Shown here piece by piece: positions 18,634 through 27,826 of a stretch of 64,000 bases of DNA. The notes beneath the pieces are model-generated. The model did not search any database, had not been told where the DNA came from, and worked only from the letters and a program-made list of their open reading frames with translations. Origin of the DNA: Candidatus Latescibacterota bacterium (GTDB lineage: Bacteria > Latescibacterota > UBA2968 > GCA-2709665); the NCBI GenBank assembly GCA_965219995.1, contig CBDCOX010000002.1, forward strand, positions 2,464,001 through 2,528,000. Direction: 5' to 3'. Numbering within the stretch: position 1 is the stretch's first letter; each line of letters opens with the position of its first letter. The position numbers and the translations under genes were made by a program.

Positions 18634-19763
18634 GTAATACGCCGAAAATCTATAAGTATGAGAATTTGACAAATCTCGCAGAAAGGCTCCGTAGCGACCT
18701 CAATGATCTGCACTGCGTCTTGCTGTACGCGTACAATAGAACGGGCAAGACACGTCTATCGATGGAGTTCAAGGATCAAGGCAAGCGAAAAGGCGGAGGA
18801 ACGCCGGACACGCTCTACTTCAATGCGTTTACCGAGGACCTCTTTGTTTGGCACAACGATCTTGACGGTGATACGGACCGGCACCTGACGATCAACGAGA
18901 ACTCCTCATTTTTCAATGGTCTTAAGGACCTGGCATTGGACGAAGCCATCGCAGGCTACTTGTCACGTTACGCCGACTTCGATTTTGACATCGATTACGA
19001 AAGGTGGGTGGTTACCTTTCGCAAAGGCGATGAAGACAGGATCAAGATTTCCCGGGGCGAGGAGAAGATCTTCATCTGGTGCATGTTCATGACGATCTGC
19101 GAGCGGGTCATTGATGGTCACCCCTCATATCAGTGGGTGAAATACCTGTACGTCGATGACCCCATCTCGTCGCTGGACGATAACAATGCCATCGCTCTTG
19201 CCTGTGATCTGGCAGCGCTTCTCCGCGAAGCCGCGACTCGTCAGGACGCAAACCAAGAACCAGATCCGCTCAAAACGGTCCTCTCCTCTCACCACACATT
19301 GTTCTTCAATGTCATGTGCAATGAGCTTAGAAGAAAGAGGGAAGGCCAAGAAAAAGTAAATATTAAGCAATACTTTCTGCACCAGCCGAACTCCGAGGGA
19401 GTGTTCACGCTACGCGCCACTGGAGATACACCCTACTTTCACCATGTGGCAACTCTCGCTGAGCTTCGGAAGTGTGCCCAAGAAGGAACTCTCTATACGT
19501 ATCATTTCAACGCCCTGCGCAGTATTTTGGAGAAGACGGCGAGTTTTTTTGGACACGATGACCTTCGGAAGTGTCTGGCCGGGCTGGATGACGAAGCCCT
19601 TTACAACCGCGCACTGAATCTGCTGAGCCACGGAAAGTACTCGATGTACGAGCCGACCGAGATGGGCGATGACAACAAAGAACTGTTTCGCGAAATTCTC
19701 GATGATGTTCTTGACCGTTTTGAGTTCGCACTTCCCGAGCTTGTTCCTGAATCCGTCCCATAA
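18630..19763 (+). CDS. prrC: PrrC-like anticodon nuclease (ABC ATPase plus HEPN)
   Basis: YAYNRTGKTRLS, KISRGEE, YVDDPISSLDDNN, SHH..FFN, LRSILEKT, RALNLLSH; located between hsdS and hsdM. Confidence 0.88.
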   Translation: MSNTPKIYKYENLTNLAERLRSDLNDLHCVLLYAYNRTGKTRLSMEFKDQGKRKGGGTPDTLYFNAFTEDLFVWHNDLDGDTDRHLTINENSSFFNGLKDLALDEAIAGYLSRYADFDFDIDYERWVVTFRKGDEDRIKISRGEEKIFIWCMFMTICERVIDGHPSYQWVKYLYVDDPISSLDDNNAIALACDLAALLREAATRQDANQEPDPLKTVLSSHHTLFFNVMCNELRRKREGQEKVNIKQYFLHQPNSEGVFTLRATGDTPYFHHVATLAELRKCAQEGTLYTYHFNALRSILEKTASFFGHDDLRKCLAGLDDEALYNRALNLLSHGKYSMYEPTEMGDDNKELFREILDDVLDRFEFALPELVPESVP

Positions 19764-19774
19764 AGAGCCAACTC

Positions 19775-21403
19775 GTGACTGACCAAGACCAGAAGCAGCT
19801 CGGCAAGACGCTATGGGCCATCGCCGACCAACTCCGGGGGGCGATGAACGCGGACGACTTCCGCGACTACATGCTCGCGTTCCTGTTCCTCCGCTACCTC
19901 TCGGACAACTATGAGCAGGCCGCAAAGAAGGAACTCGGGCGCGACTACCCTGACCCGATCGTCATCGGCAACGGCGGGCGGTCTTCCCTGTCTGCCTGGT
20001 ACGAGCAGAATCCCGGCGATGTGCCAGCGTTCGAGAAGCAGATGCGGCTCAAAGCGCACTACGTCATCCGCCCCGAGCACCTCTGGGCCAACGTTGCCCA
20101 CATGGCCCGCACCCAGAACGGCCAACTGCTCGGCACGCTCCAGGACGGCTTCAAGTACATCGAGAACGAATCGTTCCAGAGCACCTTCTCCGGGCTTTTC
20201 TCGGAAATCAATCTAGGTTCCGACAAGCTCGGTAAGACCTACCCGGACCGGAACGCCAAGCTCTGCACGATCATCACCAGGATAGCTGAGGGCCTCGCAG
20301 AGTTCTCAACGGATAGCGACACCCTCGGCGACGCCTATGAGTATTTGATCGGCCAGTTCGCCGCTGGCTCGGGAAAGAAGGCCGGTGAGTTCTACACGCC
20401 ACAACAGATCTCGGACATCCTCTCCGCGATTGTCACACTCGACAGCCAAGAGCCCAAAACCGGCAGTCGGAAGTACCTTACCAACGTGATGGACTTCGCC
20501 TGCGGCTCGGGGTCGCTACTTCTGAATGTCAGAAAGCGCATTGGGCCGCACGGCATTGGGAAGATCTACGGGCAGGAGAAGAACATCACCACGTACAACC
20601 TTGCGCGGATGAACATGCTGCTGCACGGCGTGAAGGACTCGGAGTTCGAGATCTACCACGGCGACACGCTGACCAACGACTGGGACATGCTCCGAGAGAC
20701 GAACCCGGCGAAGAAGCCCCGCTTCGACGCCGTGGTCGCCAACCCACCATTCAGCTACCGCTGGAACCCGAACGAGGCGTTAGGCGAGGATATGCGCTTC
20801 AATAACTACGGACTGGCCCCGAAGTCTGCAGCGGATTTCGCGTTCCTGGTGCACGGGTTTCACTACCTCAAGGATGACGGTGTGATGGCGATCATCCTGC
20901 CGCACGGTGTGCTGTTCCGCGGCGGCGCGGAGGCGAGGATCCGCCGCAAGCTCCTTGACGACGGACACATCGACACCGTCATCGGCCTGCCTGCGAATCT
21001 GTTCTACTCGACCGGAATTCCGGTTTGCATCCTCGTTCTGAAGAAATGCAAGAAGCCCGACGACGTCCTTTTCATCAACGCGTCCGAGAATTTCGAAAAG
21101 GGCAAGCGGCAAAATTACCTGTCCGACGACCATATCGAGAAGATCACCGAAACGTACCAACACCGTCCGCAAAGCATCGAGCGGTACGCCAGACGCGTGG
21201 AGATGGGCGAGATTGAGGCCAACGACTGCAACCTGAACATCTCGCGCTATGTCAACACGGCTGAGCAGGAGGTCGAGATTGATCTGTCGGCGACGCACAA
21301 GGAATTGGTCGAGATCGAGAAACAGATTCAGGAGTCAACGGCGAAGCACAATGCGTTTCTGAAGGAACTTGGACTATCCCCGTTGCCAGCGCCCGATAAG
21401 TAA
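19775..21403 (+). CDS. hsdM: Type I R-M methyltransferase subunit (m6A)
   Basis: GEFYTP, DFACGSG, NPPF, LPHGVLFRG. Confidence 0.96.
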   Translation: MTDQDQKQLGKTLWAIADQLRGAMNADDFRDYMLAFLFLRYLSDNYEQAAKKELGRDYPDPIVIGNGGRSSLSAWYEQNPGDVPAFEKQMRLKAHYVIRPEHLWANVAHMARTQNGQLLGTLQDGFKYIENESFQSTFSGLFSEINLGSDKLGKTYPDRNAKLCTIITRIAEGLAEFSTDSDTLGDAYEYLIGQFAAGSGKKAGEFYTPQQISDILSAIVTLDSQEPKTGSRKYLTNVMDFACGSGSLLLNVRKRIGPHGIGKIYGQEKNITTYNLARMNMLLHGVKDSEFEIYHGDTLTNDWDMLRETNPAKKPRFDAVVANPPFSYRWNPNEALGEDMRFNNYGLAPKSAADFAFLVHGFHYLKDDGVMAIILPHGVLFRGGAEARIRRKLLDDGHIDTVIGLPANLFYSTGIPVCILVLKKCKKPDDVLFINASENFEKGKRQNYLSDDHIEKITETYQHRPQSIERYARRVEMGEIEANDCNLNISRYVNTAEQEVEIDLSATHKELVEIEKQIQESTAKHNAFLKELGLSPLPAPDK

Positions 21404-21983
21404 TCTAAGCGATGCCTCCGCCATTGGCTCTCGACGCATGCACGCTGCGCTGAGGGATCGCGACTGGATCCTGAACCACATGAAGATCAAACGCGTGATC
21501 CGCGACCAAGCCAAGAATCTCCCTCGCCAGCGCCGTCTTGTCGCGACCAGCGACAGCGACGAATGCCTCCTCCTGGAACGATCCAGAAAGCACGAGGTCA
21601 ATGTCCCGAACAAGCTGCGGGTTGTCGATCTGGCCCGGTCAGAAGCCGACATCGTGAATCTGAACGACCAAGATGCCGTTGCCTCGGGCGAAGCTCGTGA
21701 GCGTCTCAAACCGTACTGTCAGCGGTAGATTCAAACTGATCAGTCTGGCCAGCAAGACATACTGAACCCCTGCACGGTGGAGTTGCTCAAGTCGCTGCAG
21801 AGCGTGAGCACCGAGCGGGGGGTGCGGTAGGACACGTTGCGGACGACGCCCCGGAAGTTGCTGACGTGCAACCGGGCTGCCGGCGATGATCGATAGTTTA
21901 GTTAAATCGTGCGAGCGATTTATTGGAAACTCGAAATTGGAATGTCGATAAACCAAGTTGGCAACGAAAAACACGTAATTCTT

Positions 21984-22088
21984 ATGCAACCAACCAACGA
22001 CATCATTCTTCCATTGGATGCCTACGTGCGTTCTATCGGCGTCCGGCGCGTAGGGTTCCACGATCGCAATTGGGGAGGTCCTTTTTAA
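21984..22088 (+). pseudogene. 5' stub resembling a SIR2(-APAZ) protein N-terminus
   Basis: MQPTNDIILPLDAYVRSIGVRR, then divergence; recalled similarity to the LxLDAFxRSIGV lead-in before the SIR2 FLGAGAS motif. Confidence 0.5.
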
Positions 22089-22109
22089 CCTAAAGAAGGG
22101 TGGCGCGAG

Positions 22110-22613
22110 ATGGCATATAGGAATAAGACCTATGTCTGCGTTGATGGAGACAATGACCTTCGATATTATTATCTGATGTGCGCCTGGAAACAAAATGACG
22201 GAGTGGCTTTCAATTTCTATAACGCGCACGAACTCAATACTGCACGAGATTCAAGTCAAGAAGAGTCGATTAAGCGTCAGTTGCGCATTAGGCTTCGCAA
22301 TAGCAAGGTCTTGGTAGTTCTGATCGGGAGCCAGACGCGGTACTTGTACAAATTTGTCAGATGGGAAATGGAACAAGCCCTATTTCTCGGTTTGCCAATC
22401 ATTGGAGTAAATCTCAACGGATTGAGACAACAAGACACGGATCGATGTCCTCCGATAATCCGTGATGAACTAGCTATCTATGTTACCTTCAATGCATCGA
22501 TTCTTCAGTATGCACTTGAGAATTGGCCGTCTACCCATCGCGATTTCAAAATCCAAGGAAAGTCGGGGCCGTATTTCTATTATGATTCGGTATATGACAG
22601 CTTAGGTCTGTGA
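22110..22613 (+). CDS. thsB: Thoeris TIR-domain sensor (MTH538/DUF1863)
   Basis: MAYRNKTYV..D.D..YY.LM.AWK..SIKRQLR.RL..SKVLVVLIG..FVRWE (catalytic Glu). Confidence 0.9.
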   Translation: MAYRNKTYVCVDGDNDLRYYYLMCAWKQNDGVAFNFYNAHELNTARDSSQEESIKRQLRIRLRNSKVLVVLIGSQTRYLYKFVRWEMEQALFLGLPIIGVNLNGLRQQDTDRCPPIIRDELAIYVTFNASILQYALENWPSTHRDFKIQGKSGPYFYYDSVYDSLGL

Positions 22614-23537
22614 ATGAAAATAGCACTTACACTCCGGGCATATGTGTCGAAGACCTACTGGCGCCATACCTTTTTCAAATTAGGAACTTTAACAAATTTC
22701 CTATCAATTTGGGGTGGATTGTGGCTGCTGGTTGAGTCTATCGTGTTCTATTCGCCGGAATTGAATGCAGGTCTGAGGGAATTTGGGGCCTGGTTTATTT
22801 TGTTTAGTGTCGTATGTACGCTTGTAATGAGACGGCCTCAATTGTCGATATCATCTAAGTTGTTTGGTCGCGACATCGAAATTGAGATACGAGTCGGAGA
22901 TATTTTCGAGATAGAAGGTGGTTGTGTCATCAGTACAAACACAACCTTCGATACAGATATTGATCACGGGCTGATAGCAAAAGATAGTATTCAAGGGCAA
23001 TTTACCACTAGATATTACAATTCGATCTCTCATCTCGATCTTGACCTTGAAGATGCATTGGGTGAGTACTGCTTTGAATCTTTAACTGAAAGAAGACCTG
23101 GAAAAGATAGACGCTACCCAATTGGCACAATAGTTCAGTTAAGGCCGAACAACAAGGCTGTTTACCTCGTTGCAATAGCCGACATAAATGAACATGGCAA
23201 TGCTCGAACGTCGTTTGACAACGTCAAAAAATGTCTGGGCGAAATATGGAATTATGTCGGGGTCCGCGGAGACTTTCAGCCAATTTCAATTCCACTGATT
23301 GGATCGGGACGGGCAAGGTTGACACAGACCCGTGATGAAATTGCTAAGGAGATCATTCGGTCAATCGTGGCTTCCTGCTCCACGAAGAAGTTTTGCGAAA
23401 AATTCACTATTGTAATTTCGCCTTCCGATTATGGGAAACTTGACCTACATCAATTGGGTGAGTTTTTACTTTACATTTGCAAGTACACTGAATTTCGAGA
23501 TCAACGAGATATCGGAAGGGGTAAGGGCATTCAATGA
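22614..23537 (+). CDS. thsA: Thoeris type II effector (2 TM plus Macro, DUF6430-like)
   Basis: Two N-terminal hydrophobic helices, then IEIRVGDIF..ISTNTTFDT..SIQGQF..YPIGT..IPLIGSG; starts directly after the TIR gene; AT-rich. Confidence 0.87.
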   Translation: MKIALTLRAYVSKTYWRHTFFKLGTLTNFLSIWGGLWLLVESIVFYSPELNAGLREFGAWFILFSVVCTLVMRRPQLSISSKLFGRDIEIEIRVGDIFEIEGGCVISTNTTFDTDIDHGLIAKDSIQGQFTTRYYNSISHLDLDLEDALGEYCFESLTERRPGKDRRYPIGTIVQLRPNNKAVYLVAIADINEHGNARTSFDNVKKCLGEIWNYVGVRGDFQPISIPLIGSGRARLTQTRDEIAKEIIRSIVASCSTKKFCEKFTIVISPSDYGKLDLHQLGEFLLYICKYTEFRDQRDIGRGKGIQ

Positions 23538-23733
23538 CCCCCGTTCGGAGAAGCAAATATGGTCGATTGGTTCACGTGCTATTCTGCGGTGAATTTGGTT
23601 AATGTAGAGCTATTTGGAAAGCACACCATATATGAACAGGCCGCACAGGCGAAAGGTCCGGAGTAAGAATACGTCGCCAGAACTGTGGCTTAGGAAGCTC
23701 ATTTACGAAATGGATATTCGCGGCTCCCCTACG

Positions 23734-24289
23734 TGCCAATATAGAGTGAGACAACTCCCCCTCCGAGATTAATGTCGTATAATGGGCGGAGAGGAGAGCA
23801 CGAGATGAGGTCAAGAACCGATGATGGAGACAACGGCAGCAGGGGGTCTCTGGATGTGGAGATCCCGCGCGGGACCTCCACATCCACAAGGCCGGATCCG
23901 GAGGTGCCGGCGCGTGCGAAGCGTCGCCGGTTTACCGCTCGGTACAAGCTTCGCGTCCTGGAAGAGGCGGATGCTTGCCGTGCACCTGGTGAAGTTGGCG
24001 CGCTGCTGCGTCGCGAAGGGTTGTATTCCTCGCAGTTGACCCAGTGGCGTCGTGCGCGTCGAGAGGGGTCGCTCAAGGCGCTATCCAAGCAGCGGGGACC
24101 CAAGGGGCGTCGTCGTGACGAGGTCGCCGTCGAGAACGAGCAGCTGCGCAAGGAAAACGCCCGTTTGCGACGACGACTGAAACAGGCGAACACCATCCTC
24201 GAGATCCAAAAAAAAGCCTCCGAGATCCTGGGCATCCCCTGGACCGTCCGCCGGACGACGACAACACATGATACGCGCGGCAGAACAAC
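23734..24289 (+). mobile_element. Truncated IS3-family element (left end plus orfA, no orfB)
   Basis: PDPEVPARAKRRRFTARYKLRVLEEAD..GEVGALLRREGLYSSQLTQWR..ILEIQKK; ends at an IS21 end. Confidence 0.82.
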
Positions 24290-24655
24290 TGATAATGATC
24301 GCCCATATGCGGCCAATGCGGGACCGGCATAATGAGGCCAGCTGAAGATCGGCCTAATGGGGCCACTACAGGATCGGCGTAATCAGGCCACCTGGTAACA
24401 ATTGGGGCTTCGGACGTCCCGTCAACGTTTCTACCGACTGGAATTCCGGAGACACAGGTTGTATTGATTTCTTCCTTCTTCGTTTTGCCTTCTTCCTTCA
24501 GATCGAATCCCGGCGACGAACCACGCGCCTATCCTGTTTTTGCTTCTTCGTTCTTCCTTTAGATTTGTCAATGATCGCCCATATGCGGCCAATGCGGGAT
24601 CGCCCTAATGGGGCCACTTCAGGATCGGCCTAATGCGGCCACCTGATACCAATTG
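24290..24655 (+). mobile_element. Two IS21 left-end remnants (24290, 24566) separated by pyrimidine heptamer units
   Basis: TGataatgatcgcccatatgcggcca and TGtcaatgatcgcccatatgcggcca, with 4 and 3 internal GATCG..TAAT..GGCCA repeats. Confidence 0.78.
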
Positions 24656-24658
24656 AAG

Positions 24659-24790
24659 CCCCCCACCGCATCAGCCGTCGCCGACCCTTCGACATTTCGA
24701 CAAGCTTACTTCGACAAGCTCAGCACAGGCAATGCAGGCAAGCGCAGGGGCCGGCTCGGCTTCTGCGACTCCCCCTCAAGGGGGGAGTGA
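24659..24790 (+). repeat. Dispersed palindromic element with nested cttcgacaagctcag REP
   Basis: Same termini as the 26322, 34541 and 43414 copies. Confidence 0.85.
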
Positions 24791-24859
24791 TTGCGACGTG
24801 AATGCGCGACAGCCGGTATCGAATGCCTCCACGATGTTGCTTGATCCCGGTTCGTCGTT

Positions 24860-25027
24860 GGGCGGCGCTTCCTCATTGAAGGCTTCCCGGCTCGAGTCAA
24901 CGTCGAGGCAGGTGAAAAGCACATCTCACTGGAGACCGTTGAGCGCTTGCAGCAAGTGGCGTGGGAACGATGCCGTCCCATTCGATCCATCGAGACCCCG
25001 GTTTATGAGTATGCTTACCTCGCCTGA
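24860..25027 (+). pseudogene. 5'-truncated paralog of the YgiT-type protein at 32599
   Basis: GRRFLIEGFPARVNVEAGEKHISLETVERLQQVAWERCRP; in-frame stop upstream at 24842. Confidence 0.78.
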
Positions 25028-25097
25028 AGGATTCGGCAATCGTGCGAACAACGGCTTGTAGGCTCTTTATTCGTACAATGGCAAAGAGGGGATTCTT

Positions 25098-25718
25098 ATG
25101 TACAAGGTCGTGTTTTTCTCAGTATCATTCGCTATTGCTCTGTCGGCAAGTCCTGGGTTGGCATTTGAATCAGCTCTATTTCCCGGAGAAGGTCCTATCG
25201 GAATCAGGGCTTCCGGAGACGAGATGGTTTTACGAAAAGCGCCTATGGCTTATGCTGACATTGCGGATACGACTCGGATTGCGCGAGATGAGATAATCAG
25301 GTGGAGTCATGCCCGATTTAGAACGGTTGTACCCGGTCTTTTTCTTGTGAGTGAGGATTGTTCAATTGACGGTAGTCGATACGGACGAGTCTTCTATCTG
25401 TCAAGGACGGATTACTACAGAGGTAGCGGCAAGTGGGAGACGTTCAGGTTTTCGAAGAGAGATACAATCGAATATCTCCAGTATCGTGCGGAGGGCAGCG
25501 CATTCCTGAGAATGGATGGTATTGTGATAGAAGCCGAATTAGGAGCTCCGGAATCTACGGCACTAAGAGAAATTCGGAGTCCTCAACTTGAACTTTGGAT
25601 CGAAGTAGAGGATAAGGATGGTAATCCGCTTGGTTGGTTTCGGTTGAAGGACGACTATGTACATCGGCAGACAAGAGTCAGAATGTCCCCAGGCCCTGAA
25701 TTTCTCCATTATCAATGA
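25098..25718 (+). CDS. Secreted hypothetical protein
   Basis: Signal peptide MYKVVFFSVSFAIALSASPGLA, RBS agagggg, lower GC than the backbone. Confidence 0.72.
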   Translation: MYKVVFFSVSFAIALSASPGLAFESALFPGEGPIGIRASGDEMVLRKAPMAYADIADTTRIARDEIIRWSHARFRTVVPGLFLVSEDCSIDGSRYGRVFYLSRTDYYRGSGKWETFRFSKRDTIEYLQYRAEGSAFLRMDGIVIEAELGAPESTALREIRSPQLELWIEVEDKDGNPLGWFRLKDDYVHRQTRVRMSPGPEFLHYQ

Positions 25719-25969
25719 AGAAGCCCTGACGATTCACGGTTTGTGCCAAGGCCGTTGGTTGTAGGATCAGATCAATACGATAGGGCACAGGGTCACGCAC
25801 GCCAGGTGGAGAAGCAGACAAGGGATTGCTGAAACTGTTGCTCAAATCGAGACTCCGAGACACGGTCATTCATTTCGGGGTCTCTTGCAATTTCAGGGGC
25901 AAAATGACTATCATACGTGACCTTGTTTGGATACGGTAAAGCGTTAGAATCCCCCAACCACATCAGCCG

Positions 25970-26240
25970 TGTTAATGATCGCCCATATGCGGCCAATGCG
26001 GGATCGGCATAATGAGGCCACCTGGGATGCGATAAAGGTTTCGGACTATCCGGCAACGGTTCTACCTTCTTTCTGTCTCCCCGACAGTCAGGAGGGAAGG
26101 ACATGGCCAATCGGAGGTTCGAGATGTATCAGTATCGTCAGGTATTGACGCGTATGCGGTTGGGCAGTCGGATCGCGCGATCGCCCGTTCATGGTTGATG
26201 AGACGCCAGAAGACCAGTGCGCTACGTCACGTGGCAGGCC
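25970..26240 (+). mobile_element. istA: IS21 left end plus frameshifted istA 5' fragment, inserted into a REP-like element
   Basis: TGTTAATGATC terminus; ATG 26103 MANRRFEMYQYRQVLTRMRLG/SDRAIARS; immediately preceded by cccccaaccacatcagccg. Confidence 0.8.
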
Positions 26241-26321
26241 GTTAGCGTCTTACAGTAAGACTCCTACGCAAAATGCGTTCACGATTGTTCATGCAACCAG
26301 CTAACGTAAAGGCGGTGCGAT

Positions 26322-26464
26322 CCCCCCCACCGCATCAGCCGTCGCCTGCCCTTCGACACTTCGACACCCTTCGACAAGCTTACTTCGACAGGCTCAGCAC
26401 AAGCAATGCAGGCATGCTCCGGGGCCGGCTCGGCTTCTGCGACTCCCCCTCAAGGGGGGAGTGA
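26322..26464 (+). repeat. Dispersed palindromic element with nested ttcgaca repeats
   Basis: Matches the 24659 copy. Confidence 0.85.
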
Positions 26465-26720
26465 TCGACCGTTGAAAGGGCGCGCGTTCGCTTGCACCTA
26501 TTTGGTTGCGGCTGAGCAAAGCGAAGCCGCGCTAGCGGAGTAGGTGATGTTCCTGGCGCGCAAGGTCACGCGCGCCAGGTGGAGACGCAAGGAAGGTTTG
26601 CTATAGCAACATCCACTTTCCCCACCGAACCGGGTATCCAATTCCGTCTTTATTACACCGGGCAGATCCGGACCCATTGCGATGACGCATGTGCCAGTTC
26701 AACAATTGAAAGAAGGAACT

Positions 26721-27677
26721 ATGCCGCGTCTGTACGGCCGCCAACGCCTGCTGCTTGGGTTACTCGACGCGATTGGTGGGGACGCGAGCAATACGGACTT
26801 TCAGAAGCTCCTATTTCTCTACTGTAAAGGGCTTTCGTCACACCGGGCAACTGAGACACCTCAAGGACGCTACGACTTTGTGCCCTACCGATATGGCGCA
26901 TTCTCGTTTACAAGCTATGCGGACCGCCGCCGCCTGGTGGATTGGGGGCTGCTAGCGGATGACGACCAGAAATGGGTCCTGACAGAAGACGGGAGCAATA
27001 TCGCGCGAGATTTGGAAGACAGTTCGATTCGTTCGTTCGCGTATCGATATCGAGGCGTTCGAGGGGATGCGCTCGTTGCGGATACCTACCGGCGGTATCC
27101 GTATTATGCAATACGCAGTGAAATCGCAGAGCAAGTATTGGAGGACGATCGGCCGACGCTTGATCTGATTAAATCGACTCGTCCCAAAACAACAGCGTCC
27201 CGGCTATTCACGATCGGCTACGAAGGGCGAACGCTGGAATCTTATCTCAATCTGCTTATCCGTGGAGGCGTGACCCTATTGTGCGACGTGAGACGGAACG
27301 CGATCAGCCGTAAGTATGGGTTTTCCAAGACCACACTTGAACGGGCCTGTTCAGGTGTTGGAATTCGTTACCAACATCTTCCGGAGCTTGGGATTGAGTC
27401 CCGTCGACGCCGAGGTCTAAAGACGGAAGCGGATTTCAAGGACCTTTTCGAGGCCTATAAGCAGACCATCCTGCCAGATCAGGGCGATGCCCTGGGAAGA
27501 ATTCGCGACTGGTTGCGGTCCGGCGAGTCCGTAGCACTCACCTGTTTCGAACTTGACGCCGGCCAGTGCCATCGTCATTGCGTCGCCAATGCGCTCGAAA
27601 AGGTCACTGACCAGAGCGACCCTGGAGATGGAGACGCTCGGCCCTTCCACCCCCTCGGCGGCGTAAAACACCTTTGA
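26721..27677 (+). CDS. wHTH plus DUF488 domain protein
   Basis: FQKLLFLY..YDFVPYRYGAFS; LFTIGYEG..LCDVRRNAISRKYGFSK..HLPELG..LTCFE..CHR. Confidence 0.87.
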   Translation: MPRLYGRQRLLLGLLDAIGGDASNTDFQKLLFLYCKGLSSHRATETPQGRYDFVPYRYGAFSFTSYADRRRLVDWGLLADDDQKWVLTEDGSNIARDLEDSSIRSFAYRYRGVRGDALVADTYRRYPYYAIRSEIAEQVLEDDRPTLDLIKSTRPKTTASRLFTIGYEGRTLESYLNLLIRGGVTLLCDVRRNAISRKYGFSKTTLERACSGVGIRYQHLPELGIESRRRRGLKTEADFKDLFEAYKQTILPDQGDALGRIRDWLRSGESVALTCFELDAGQCHRHCVANALEKVTDQSDPGDGDARPFHPLGGVKHL

Positions 27678-27826
27678 CCGATACGAGCAAACAACGCATC
27701 CTGGTTACCGTAAAATCCTGCCCGACGCTTTCGTTGTTGCAAAACGCGACGGTTTGCGATAGACTCGGCGAGCTCATCGCTGGCGCCAAAAGCAACACAG
27801 TCTCGCTTGCTGTATTCAAGCCGGGC
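27674..27826 (+). pseudogene. Deleted/truncated DUF488-partner gene
   Basis: Overlapping TTG start; RILVTVKSCPTLS joined to ..ELIAGAKSNTVSLAVFKP, then cut off by the tandem repeat. Confidence 0.6.
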
